Of a DNA stretch of 64,000 bases, positions 38,901 through 50,900 are shown in pieces; within the stretch, counting starts at the first letter, position 1, and the number at the start of each line of letters is the position of its first letter. A program made the translations under genes and the position numbers. The notes under the pieces are model-generated. The model made no database searches and was not told where the DNA came from. It saw only the letters and a program-made list of their open reading frames with translations. The stretch lies in the NCBI RefSeq assembly GCF_004010195.1, contig NC_057751.1, forward strand, positions 18,615,543 through 18,679,542, in the 5' to 3' direction. The DNA is from Chiloscyllium plagiosum. Taxonomy: Eukaryota.

Positions 38901-41900
38901 AACGTTTCAGGCATAAGCCCTTCATCAAGAATGAGGCTTGTGGGCCGGTGGGGTTGAGAGATAAATGGGAGAGGGGTGGGGAGGATAGCTGAGAATGTAA
39001 TAGGTAGATGAAGGTGGAGGAAAAGGTGATAGATCAGAGATGAGGATGGAGCGGATCAATGGGAAAGACGATGGACAGGTCAAGAGGGCGATACGGTGTT
39101 GGAGGCTTTGGACTGGGATAAGGTTGGAGGAAGGGGAAATGAGGAAACTAGTAATCCACATTAATCCTGTGTGGTTGAAGGGTCCTGAGACAAAAGATGA
39201 GTTCTTTCTCCCAGATGTCAGGTGGTTAGAGTTTGGCAATGGAGGAGGTCCAGGACCTGCATGTCCTTGGTGGAGTGGGAGGGGGAGTTGAAGTGTTCAG
39301 GCTGAGGGACTTTGGTGGTTGGTGCGGGTGTCCCAGAGATGTTCTCTGAAATGACCCGCAAGTTGGCACCCTGTCTTCCCGATGTAGAGGAGACCACATA
39401 GAGTGCAACCGATATAGCAGATGGCATTAGTGGAGGTGCAGGTCAATTTCTGTCGGATGTGGAATGATCCTTTGGGGCTTTGGATGGAGGTGAGTATGGA
39501 GGAGCGGGTGCTCACTTTCTCCTTATAAGATTAAGCCTAAAATTATCACTTCCAAAACAAAGATCATCTCTTTCCATTGTAGCAATATCATCCCATAATT
39601 AACAGATCTGCCCTTTCACCTTTATTAGCTTGCTGTCTTTACAAAATGTCTTGTACCCTTGAATGTTCCGGTCCCAGTCTTTTTCACCTTGCAGTCATTT
39701 TTCAGTAATGGTTATCCGATCTTTGTATATTTATTTCAATTTGTGCTGTTTTGTTACTTGTGCTGTGTTAATTCAGATACATTGTTAACAGCATAATGTG
39801 GTTTCAATAGATCTGGAGAAGTTACACTCATTGTTGCTATTTTTCTTTTGTCTACTGCACTATCTCCTTCACGGTCACCGCCCCCAAACACCCTTCTGCC
39901 TCTCTCCTTTTCTCTTCAGCCTGGAGGAAAACAGTCTGACAGATTGTTGTGCCGGAGAGCTCTCATTTGCACTCAGTATAAACAGGTCACTGAATGTGCT
40001 GAATCTGAGTAATAATGAGCTGGGTGATTCTGGAGTGAAGTTACTGTGTGTCGCTCTGAGGAACCCTGACTGTACAATACAGAAACTGCAGTAAGTACCA
40101 AACTGAGAGAGACTGTTAGTAATAACTCGTTGTCTGACACTCTACCTATTGTGCCTTTCAATAATAGTAATATTAACAAGCACTGGGACTGATCCCGATC
40201 CACACTGTCTTTCAATTCCAGATTGGCTGATGATGGTCTCTCAGCTTCTTGTGTTGAGGATCTTGTCTCTGTTCTCACTACAAACCGATCACTGACAAAT
40301 CTGGACCTGAGTAATAACAAACTGGGAGATTCAGGAGTGAGACTCCTGTCTGTACCCTTGGGGAACTCGGACAGTAAAATACAGGAATTGGTGTAAGTAC
40401 CTAATTGTGATAGATTGAAGTTCTTGTAACTAGACACTTGTCACTTTTTTTATGAATGTAATGAATACACACAACATTGTTATTAATAAATGTTACATAG
40501 TGTCACAGATGTATAGCACGGTGGCATGGCGGCTCAGTGGTTAGCACTGCTGCCTCACAGCGCCAGGCACCCAGGTTCAATTCAAGCCTTGGGCAACTGT
40601 GTGGAGTTTGCGCATTCTCCCCGTGTCTGCATGGGTTTCCTTTGGATACTCTGGTATCCCCTCTCAGTTTAAAGGTGTGTAGATCAGTTGAATAGGCTAT
40701 GCTGGCAGTGTTCGTGGATATGTAGGTTAGGTGAATTAGTCAGGGGAAACTTAGAGTAAGAGGGTAGCAGAATGGTTCTGGGTGGGTTACTCTTTGGAGG
40801 ATCAGTGTGGACTTGTTGAGTCAAATGGCATGTTACCACACTGTGGGGATTCTATGATTTTTCTGAAAAGAGACCCTTCAGTCCAACCCATTCATGCTGA
40901 CCGGATATCCTAACCTAATCTCGTCCCATTTTCCAGCACTTGGCCCATATCCCTTTAAACTCTTGCTATTCACGTACCCATCCAAATGCCTTTTAAATGT
41001 CATAATTGTACCAGCCTCCACCACTTCCTCTGGCAGCTCCTTCCATACACACACCACCGTCTGCATGAAAAGGTTGCCCCTTAGATTCCTTTAAAGTCTT
41101 CCCCCACCTCACCCTAAACCTATGCTGTCCAGCTCTGGACTCCCCCACCCCAGAGGAAAAGACCTTGTCTATTTATCCTGTCCATGCCCTCCTCGATTTT
41201 ATAAACCTCTGTAAGGTCACCCTTTAACTTCTAAAGCTCTAGGGAAAACAGCCTCAACCTATTTAGCCTCTCCATATCACTTAAATCCTTCATCCCTGGC
41301 AACATCCTTGTAAATAGTTTCTGAACCCTTTCAAGTTTCACAATGCCTTCATCCTCCCTATAGGGAGGGAGACCAGAATTGCACACAGTTTTCCTAACTA
41401 CCATCCTGGATAAAATGAAGTACGGCAGATGCTGGAGATTAGAGCCAAGAGTGTGGTACTGGAAAAGCACAGCAGGTCAGTCAGCATCCAAGGAGCAGGA
41501 AAATCGATGTTTCGGGCAAAAGCACTTCATCAGGAAGTGAGGAACAGTGAACCTGCATTCCAAGATCTTTGTTCAACAACATTCCTTAGGACCTTTACCC
41601 ATAAGTCCTGCCCTGAATTGCCTTTCTGAAATGCAGAACTTCACATTAGTAATTGTTTTGATTCATGCTATGTTGTTGGTAGTATAATGCATATCCTTAA
41701 GAAGGATCAGTAGCAGTGATATTAATAAGCTTTGGGATGCTCATTTAAACGATCTGTCGTTCTGCTTGCCAGGCTGAAAGAAGTTGGTCTCACATCGGCT
41801 TGTGCTGCAGATCTGGCTTCAGCGCTCCGTGCAAGCCCGGCACTGACCGTTCTAAACCTGGGTTATAATAAACTGGAGGATTCAGGAGTAAAAGCACTGT

Positions 41901-44900
41901 GTGAAGCTCTAGCCAATCCTAACTGTCAAGTACAGAAATTGTGGTAAGTACCAATCTGAGATTCTATTTGAGATTGAGAAACAGTCCATTATTTTTATTA
42001 TCAGTCGGAGTGCTCATAATAAGCACTATGCAATGTTCAACAACAGCGTGATTACTGTTAATGCAGGCTATAATGTTACCAGTAGTTGTGTTCATAATTA
42101 GCACTTTGAGAGCCATGTTTTATTTCTTATTCCAACATTGAGATTAAACAAGAGCATAGAATGTCTAGTCTCATACCTTAGAAATTACTGTTGCAGAGGC
42201 AGCACGTTAAGTGACTGTCTCCAAGATTCCCAGTTAAATAAAGTTATGGAGTCATACAGCATAGAAACAGACCCTTCGGTTCAACCAGTCCATGCTGAGC
42301 ATAATCCCAAACTGAACTTGTCCCATCTGCTTGCATTTGGCCCATATCCCTCCAAACCTTGCCTATTCATCTACTTTTACAACATTTGAAAGACATTTAG
42401 ATTTTTACCCACATCCACCACTTCCTAATTCCACACATGAACCACCTGTGTAAAAAAAAAAATAAAAAAAAATGCCCTTTGTGCCTTTTTTAAAATCTCT
42501 CTCCTCTCAAGTTAAAGATGTGCCTCCTCGTCTTGACATCTCCTATCCTAGGGAAAAGGCAGCTACCATTAACTCTATCTGTACCCCACAATACTTTATA
42601 AATTTCTGTAAGGTCACCTTTCAACCTTTCGTTTTCATTCAAAGAACGAAGAACAATGAAATTATAGCACAGGAACAAGCCCTTCGGCCCTCCAAGCCTG
42701 TGCCAATCCAGATCCTCGATGTAAAAAGACCAAAACAACCACCTATAGCTGACAAGATCCTAGTAATTCTCTTCTGAACCCTCTCCAGGTTAATAACTGC
42801 GTGACCAGAACTGGACACAATGTTCCAGAAGAGGCCTCACCAGTTTACTGTACGCTCTCAACATGATTTCTGAACTCCTATCTTCAAAAGATGGAGCAAT
42901 GAAGGCAAGCGTGTCAAATGCCTTACGCAAACTTCAGAGAATTATGTACCTGAACCCCACAGTCCCCCTGTTCTACAGCACTATCCCAAGGCCTTACCAT
43001 TATCTGTCTAAGCCCTACCTTTGTTGTATCAAGATGCAAGAGCTCACATTTATCCAGCTTGAACTCCATCTGCCATTTTACTGCCATTTGATTAAGATTC
43101 CTTTGTAATTATAGAAAACCTTCTTCAGTGTCTACTATGCCACCAATTTTGGTTTAATCGGCAAACTTGCTAACCATGCCTTCTACACACTCTCATCCAA
43201 ATCATTGTGATAAGCAAAAGGGGACCCAGAACCAATCCCTGTGGTGTACCGCTGGTGACAGGCCTCCAGTCTGAAAAGCAATCCTCCGTCACCTCTGTCT
43301 CCTGCCGTTAAGCTAATTATGTATCCGGTTGACTTACGTAAGGTATTTGGACAATTAAAGTTATAGGATCAACAATAGGTCCTCCTGCATTGACACAGAC
43401 AACTCCACCATCAGAAATGAAACAGCAGCCAGCCCTTATGTAGGGCAATTCCTTTCCAGGGAAACCAGTGTCAGCAGCATTTCTGATGTCTCAAAGATGG
43501 TGGATAGTTTTGAGAGAGTTGCCAGAAACTGATGAATGTGTGCAGGCTCAGAACCCTTCCCCATTCGGAACTCCTGGAATCCATCTGCTGGCGGAAACAT
43601 TCCACTCCACTCCAGATGAGGTGCATTGATAGATCCTTTAAAATGTTTAATTGATTTCACGTTGCTCTGTGAACAAATATTGGTCACCACCTCTAACCAG
43701 TCGACATATGTGGTGCTGGAAAAGCACTGCCAGTCCGGCGTCGTCCGAGCAGCAGACAAATTGACGGTTTGAGCATGAGCTCTTCATCAGGAATGAACTA
43801 ATTCCTAATGAAGAGCTCATGCTTAAAACATCGATTCACCTGCTCCTCAGATGCTACCTGATTGGCTGGGCTTTTCGACTCTGATCTCCAGTATCTGCAG
43901 TCCTCACTTTCTCCTGCCAGCTCTAACCCAGTCATATCCAGAATGGCCCAGAGGTGAGTCCATAATGGCACACTGGCCTGTAGCTTTAATTCACTGGCCC
44001 ATCCTTCTCTGCTCCTGCGCTGTCACTGCCCCACACTTCATCTCCAAATGTGCTCTGTACAACAGTAATAGTTTCATTGCTGGGAGAATTATGGATGTCT
44101 CTTTTTGCATTTTATATATACCCTTACCACTGTCTGGTCTGCAGGCTCTGTGAGAATGGGATCTCAAATGCAAGCATGAAGTATCTCACCTTCGCTCTCA
44201 GTTCAAACTGTTCATTGATCGAGTTGGACTTGGGCCACAATAAAGTGCGTGATTCAGGAGTGAAGCTTCTGTCTGCAGCTCTGCAGAATGCAAAATGCAA
44301 AATTCAAAAACTGCGGTAAGCGCCATGACTGTGTTTAACTGTTTTCACTAACTGGTATTTGTCAGAGCTCGCAATCGGTCATAATTGAATTCAGAGTGTC
44401 CCTATGATGGACCCATGATAGCATTAATGCTCTGAGTCAGAAGGCTGTGGGTTCAATGTCTGTCCAGATACCTCAGCTCAAAAACTCAAGGCTGACAGTG
44501 TTGAGTGGCTGATGTTCAAGAAGCACCTTAAACTGACAACCCGTATGTTCCCCCTGGTGAACGTAAATGGTGTTATGGCATTCTGTTTTGAAGAGGTGCA
44601 GGTGAGTTACAACACAATATTAAAATCAAAGTGCGCTTCACCTGAACAATGAGACAATCACCAGCTTCTGCTGAAATATTTGTGGCCTCCAAAATACATC
44701 AAGCGCGTTGTTTTCTAAGAGACAGGAACCTCCACAGAGGTGGCTGGGAGGGGAATTGATCAAATGACTGTTAATTTTGCATGTTTTAGTGTCATGGAAG
44801 GTCCCAGGAGCTTTGGAAAATCAAGTGACACAGAACTGAATTATGTCCAGTGATCAAAAGCTTGGTCCAAGTTAGGTATCACCGAAAATAGTAGGGCTAG

Positions 44901-47900
44901 AGGGATTACAGTGAAACAGGGGGGTAAGACTGCGATGGGAACTAATACTAAAACAAAAGACTTTAAATTGAATATTGCTTAATCAGGAGCCAATGGAGGT
45001 CAATAAGCTCAACAGCACTCAAAATACACAGGGGTGTGGATGGAGGATTCACACCAAAAGTGGGAAGATTGACCAGGGAAATTTACTCATGTAGCCACCC
45101 AATCAGAAACCTCACCCTGTCCCTGGAAGAGTTACAACCACAGACTGAATCATAGAATCCCTCCAGTTTGGAAGCAGGCCATTCAGCCCATCGAGTCTTC
45201 ACTGACCCACCAAAGAGTATCCCACCCATTTCCACAACCCTACCCCTGTAACCTTGCATTTCCGTGGCTAATCCACTGAGCCTGGACACTGTGGGCAATT
45301 TAGCATGGCCAGTCGACCTAACCTGCACAGCCTTGGACTGTTGGAGGAAACTGGAGCACCTGGGAGAAACCCATTGCAGACCATGGGGAGAATGTGCAGA
45401 ATTTGCTGGTGGAATTAAATCGGAGTCCCTGGTTCTGTGAGGCAGCATTGCAAACCACTCAGCCGCCATGCTGACGGTTTCCCTAACGTGTTGCAAATAC
45501 GGCCGTGAAGTAGCATCTGACTGAAAGAGCAGCAAGCAGGGCAGTGACGGTAGTGAGTAAGGCTACTGAGACAAGAGTAGAGCTGGAGCGAGCGAGCGGG
45601 CTGGAAGTTTTGAAGGCTGGGGCAAACGCACTCAATAGCCCTCTGTTGGAAAGAATTCAAAGATTCGCAACCTTCAAGATATTTAGATTTGGTAAACAAA
45701 TTGCCAGTCTACAATAATACATAGTAAAGGTAAGATGATTGTGGCTAAGGAAACCTAAGTAGGACCTGATATGAGTCACTGACAAAATGTCTCACTGCTA
45801 TGGAGAGATTTGCTAATGATTAATTCCGTGGTATGCGTGTGAATATAAACACAATAGGTATGATAAACAGCAGCTGAAAGCCTTGTCAGCAACGGGATGT
45901 CTGAAAGAAGCTATGCAGTAATATACAACATGGTTCCTCACATTTTGGCAGGTCAACCAAACTGTCAATTATTGGTTGCACAAAAGTGGGTTAGATGTGC
46001 TCCGAATCAGCGCGTTAGGATTAATTTGCAGAGTGAGGATATTAAAGATTGGAGAAGCCCAGAGAAGGAAAGATGTTAAACTTAAAAGGGCTCAGAAAAG
46101 ATTTTGCTGGGATTGGAGGATTTGAGCTGTAGCGAGAGGCTGAATAGGCTGGAGCTAATTTCCCTGGAGCAGCAAACCTTTTCAGACAGAGGGTGGTACG
46201 TGTATAGAATGAGTTGCCATAGAAAGGAATGGAGGCTGTTACTATTACACGGCTTTAAAAGGCATCCAGATGGTACATGCATAAGAAGGGTTGAAAGGGA
46301 AATAGGCCAAATGCTGGGAAATGGTACCAAATGAATTTAGAATATCTGGTTGACGTGTATGGGTTTGACTGAAGCATCTGTTTCCATGCTGTACAAATGA
46401 GAGAAAGTACAGCATGGGAACAAACTGTTTAGGTATATGCTTAAAGGTTGTTTGGTATTGATTACAAATTTCTGCAGATGTTATAGAAAATGGTAAGGTA
46501 CTAGTTACCCCTCTCGTTTTAATTGTTGCACAACTGTGAGGATCAAACTGTCACAACTGGGGGGGTATTGCCTATTGGTATTACTAGACTAATTATCCAG
46601 AGAGACTGGGACCTGGGTCCAATTGGTGCCGTGGCAAATGGTGGACCTTAAATTGAATAAAAATCTGAAATTAAGAGTTTAATGATGACTAAGAAACCAC
46701 AATTATAAACTGATATTTTCCTAGTTGCCTTCAGTTCTGAGGAAGGGTCATTTGACTCAAAACATTTAAATCTGATTTCTCTCAACCGATGATGCCAGAC
46801 CTGCTGAGTTTCTCCAGCATTTGTTGTGTTTTTGTTTCTGGTTTACGGCATCCGCAATCCATTCAGTTTTTAGGAAACCGTTATTGTTGGTGAGCCAGAT
46901 GGGTTTTTCTGACCGTCCTTTTTGGGAAGGAAACAGTTGTTCTCTTCTGGTGTGGCCTATATGTATCTCTCAACCCACAGCAATGTAGTTGACTCTTAAC
47001 TGTCCTCTCGGCAATTTGGTATGAGCAACAAATTCTGGCCCATCCAGTGACCCTCATTGCTTGAATGCAAAAACAAATTTGCAGTTTGTCTGATGATGGA
47101 GGCATTAGTTCTTTGTCAATGAGTCCATCGATCCCAAAGGATAACAATTAAAAGGGAGTTACGAAAGTCAAATGATCAACTGAAGAGCTATTCAAGGGAG
47201 CAAGGTAACTATTATAAGTGAAGCAGGAAAGTCCACTGGAAAATATGAAAACTGGATGAATGTATGGATGAGGGTCAGTAGGTTGGGCTTGTGAATTGGG
47301 AATATAATGTGGAGGTAAGAGTGTGCATCCAAATGATGCCTTGAAAGAGATCTGTTGAAATAAATCCTATCAATAGGTAGAGAAGGTCAACCAGTTGCAA
47401 TCTAGAAAGGCAGAGGCTGTAGCTTAACAAGGACAAGAAGTATAGGAAAAACCTGAAAAAGCGCCAGCAGCAGAAGTCCACATGATCGGGAAGTCTTAGT
47501 AGCAATGTACTGAGTAGAGTAGAAGTTAATTAAGGATGTGAAGAAATATATAGCTGGAGAGAATTTGGAGGTGACTTTGAGGACCAGGATCTGATCGCAT
47601 CTGTGGGCGTGTACAAAAAAGGTGTCTCCTGATGGGGTTTAGAAAAATAAAGCAAGGCTTTTGATATAAAGATAGCTTCACCAACAGCAAGAAAAATAAT
47701 TTTCAAAATGTTCTTTGTTTCGTCAGCCATAAATGCTTGAGTGTCAATCAGAGATTCCAGAAGATTTGGAGAGTGGCTAATGTGGTCCATTATTTAAGAA
47801 AGGTGGGAAGAAAGCCCAGGGAACTGTAGATCAGTGAGGTTGATGTCAGTGATGGCTAAGTTGTTGGAGGGGATCCTGAGGGACAGGATTTACATGCATT

Positions 47901-50900
47901 TGGAAAGATAGGCCTGATTAGGGATAGTCAACGTGGCTTTGTGTGTGGGAGATCATGTCTCACTAACTTGTTTGAGTTTTTGAAGAGGTGACAAAGAAGC
48001 TTGATAAAGGTAGACACCACCTACAGTATAATGGCTTGTGAGCAAGCCATTTGACAAGATTCCATGTGGTAGACAGGATTAGATCATGTTGAATACAGAA
48101 TGCACTAGCCAACTTAATTTGAAAGTAGATGGAGGGTGGTGGTAGATCATAGTCTTTTGGACTGATTGGTTGTTTTTTGTGATGAGTAGTTTACTACAAG
48201 GATTGAATAAAGAACGAAGAAAATTACAGAACAGGAACAGGCCTTTCAGCCCTCCAAGCCTGTGCTGATCCAGATCCTCTATCTAAACCTGTTACTTACT
48301 TATTTTCTAAGGATATGAATCCCTCTGCTCCATGCCTATTCATGTATCTGTCTGGATACATCTTAAATGATGCTAATGTGCCCACCTCTACCACCTCCAC
48401 TAGCAATGCATTCCAGGCACCCACCACCCTCCAAGTAAAGGACTTTCTACACATATCTCCCTTAAACATTTCCCCTCTCACCTTGAACTTGACTCCTAGT
48501 AATTAAGTCCCCCATTCTGGGGGAGAAAGTTTCTTGCTATCCACCCTGTCTATACCCCTCGTAAGTTTGTAGACCTCAATCAAGTCTCCCCCCCCCCCCC
48601 CCCAACCTCTATCTTTCGAATGAAAATAATCCTAATCTACTCCAGCTCTCTTTGGAGCTAGCACCCTCCATACCAGGCAACAACCTGGTGAACCTCTTGC
48701 ACCCTCTGCAAAGCATCCACATCCTTTTGGTAATTTGGCAACCATAACTGTGTGCAGTATTTCTAATGTGGCTGAACCAAAGTCCTGTATAACTATAACA
48801 TGATCTTTTGTACTTGATACCCCATCCACTGAAGGAAGGCATGCCGTATGCCTCCTTGACCACTATTGACCTGTGTTGCCACCTTCAGGGTACAATGGGC
48901 ATGAACACTCTGGTCTCTCTGTACATCAATTTTCCCCAGGGCTTTATATTTACTGTATAGTTTGCTCTTGAATTTGGATTTTCCAAAATGCATCACCAGG
49001 CGTTTGCCTGGATTGAACTCTATCTGCCATTTCTCTGCCCAGCTCTCCAATCTATCTGTATTCTGCTGCGTTCTCTGACAGTCCTCTTCACGATCTGCTA
49101 CTCCACCAATCTTAGTGTCATCTGCAAACTTGCTAATCAGGTGCTGGGTCCATTGTCTTTTGTCATTTATACAAATGATTTGGATATGAGTTTTGGAGGT
49201 TTGGTTAGTAAGTTTGCAGATAGCACCAAAATAGGTGGTGTAGTAAACAGTGAAGAACGTTTATCTAAGAATACATGAACCAATGGGCAGAGGGGTAGCA
49301 GGTGGAGTTTAGTTTAGATAAATGTGAGGTATTGCATTTGTTAAGGCAAATCAGCGCATGACTTATACGCACAATGGTAGGATTTTGGAGAGTGTAACTG
49401 AACAGAGACCTAGGGGTACAGGTTCATAGTTCCTTGAAGGTGGAGTTAGAGTTGGACAGGATAGTGAAGAAGACATTTGGAACGCTTGCTTTTATTGGGC
49501 AGTACCTTAAGTATGTTATGAAGTTAAAGGTGTGCACTGTACCTTAGAGTGAAAGCTGGCAAACACCAGTCATGTCACAGTGTGTACCAGAAAATTAAAA
49601 GATGTAACATTTTTGGCAGTAACCTAGGTACCTCGCTGTTTTCACAGCATTTCGAATTGAACCAATCAGTTAAAACTGTGCCCCAAGATACTAAAACCCA
49701 ATTGAATTTGAATGTTACTGCTTGGGCACCAATGAGATGATGCAATGTTTTGGGGTATAAAAAGGAGGCATTTTGGACAGTTAGCCAGAGAAAAAGCACC
49801 TTCTGCCCCTGACTGCCCGCAAACACTCTCTCTCTAAAAAGTACCTTTCTCATATGAAACATCTTTGCAGCAGAATGCCCAAGGTGACCCGGGGAGATAT
49901 ACAAACAGGAAGATCCACGCCACTGACTGGTTTTCTAAAATTGATTTGCTGTAAGTTTAATCGGGGCTTTATCAGATCAGTATGTTGTCATACAGTGGGA
50001 GGTAGGTAACCAATGTTTAAGAGAATGGAAGCTTAGAGTTATCAAAAGTTGTTGCTTAATGGTCTGTTTTGAACTTAAAGAATGAATTTGATATTTTTTT
50101 CTTTAAATAGTGGAATTTGTATAGTTCTGTACTCATATTTTAACAGATTACGAGGTGAGGTGATTAAATTAGCAGAAGGGTTTACTGCCATGTTGTAACA
50201 AGTGTAGGAGTTAGGATGTCAAGCTGAAGCTATGTGGGATATTTCTTAGGCCACTTTTGGAATATTGCATTCAGTTCTAGGCTCCCTGCTATAGGGAAAG
50301 AACCATAAATATTTTCTGAATCCTTTCAAGGATGTTGTTGGGATTGAAAGCTTTGAGCTATAGGGAGAGGCTGAATAGGAGCATTGGGGTCAGAAGGTTG
50401 ATCTTACAAAGTTGTAGAAAATCAAGAGGGGCATGGATAGGGTGAATAGCCAAGGTCTTCGCAAGATAGGGGAGTCAAAAACCAGAGGAAATAGGTTTAA
50501 GGTGAGAGGGGAAAGATTTAAAAGGGGCCTGACGGATAACGTTTTCACACAGAAGGTGGTACGTGCATGGAACAAACTGCCAGAGGAGCTGGTGGAGGCA
50601 GGTAAATCGGAACGTTTAAAAGACATCTGGATGGTACGTGAATAGGAAGAGTTTAGAGGGATATGGGCCAAATGTTGGCAAATGGGCTAGATCTGATTAG
50701 CCCATGTCGCCCATATTGGATCAAAGGGTCTGTGTTTCTGGGCTGTATAACTCTCTCACTCTGATTTTAATTAGATTGATTGTCACATGTACTGAAATGA
50801 ATACTGTGAAAAGTATACATAAGATGGCACTGTAAGTGCCAACTTATAAAAAGTTACTTAGGTACAATGCTTAGTTACAAGCTGAGAAATGAAGAAAGTA

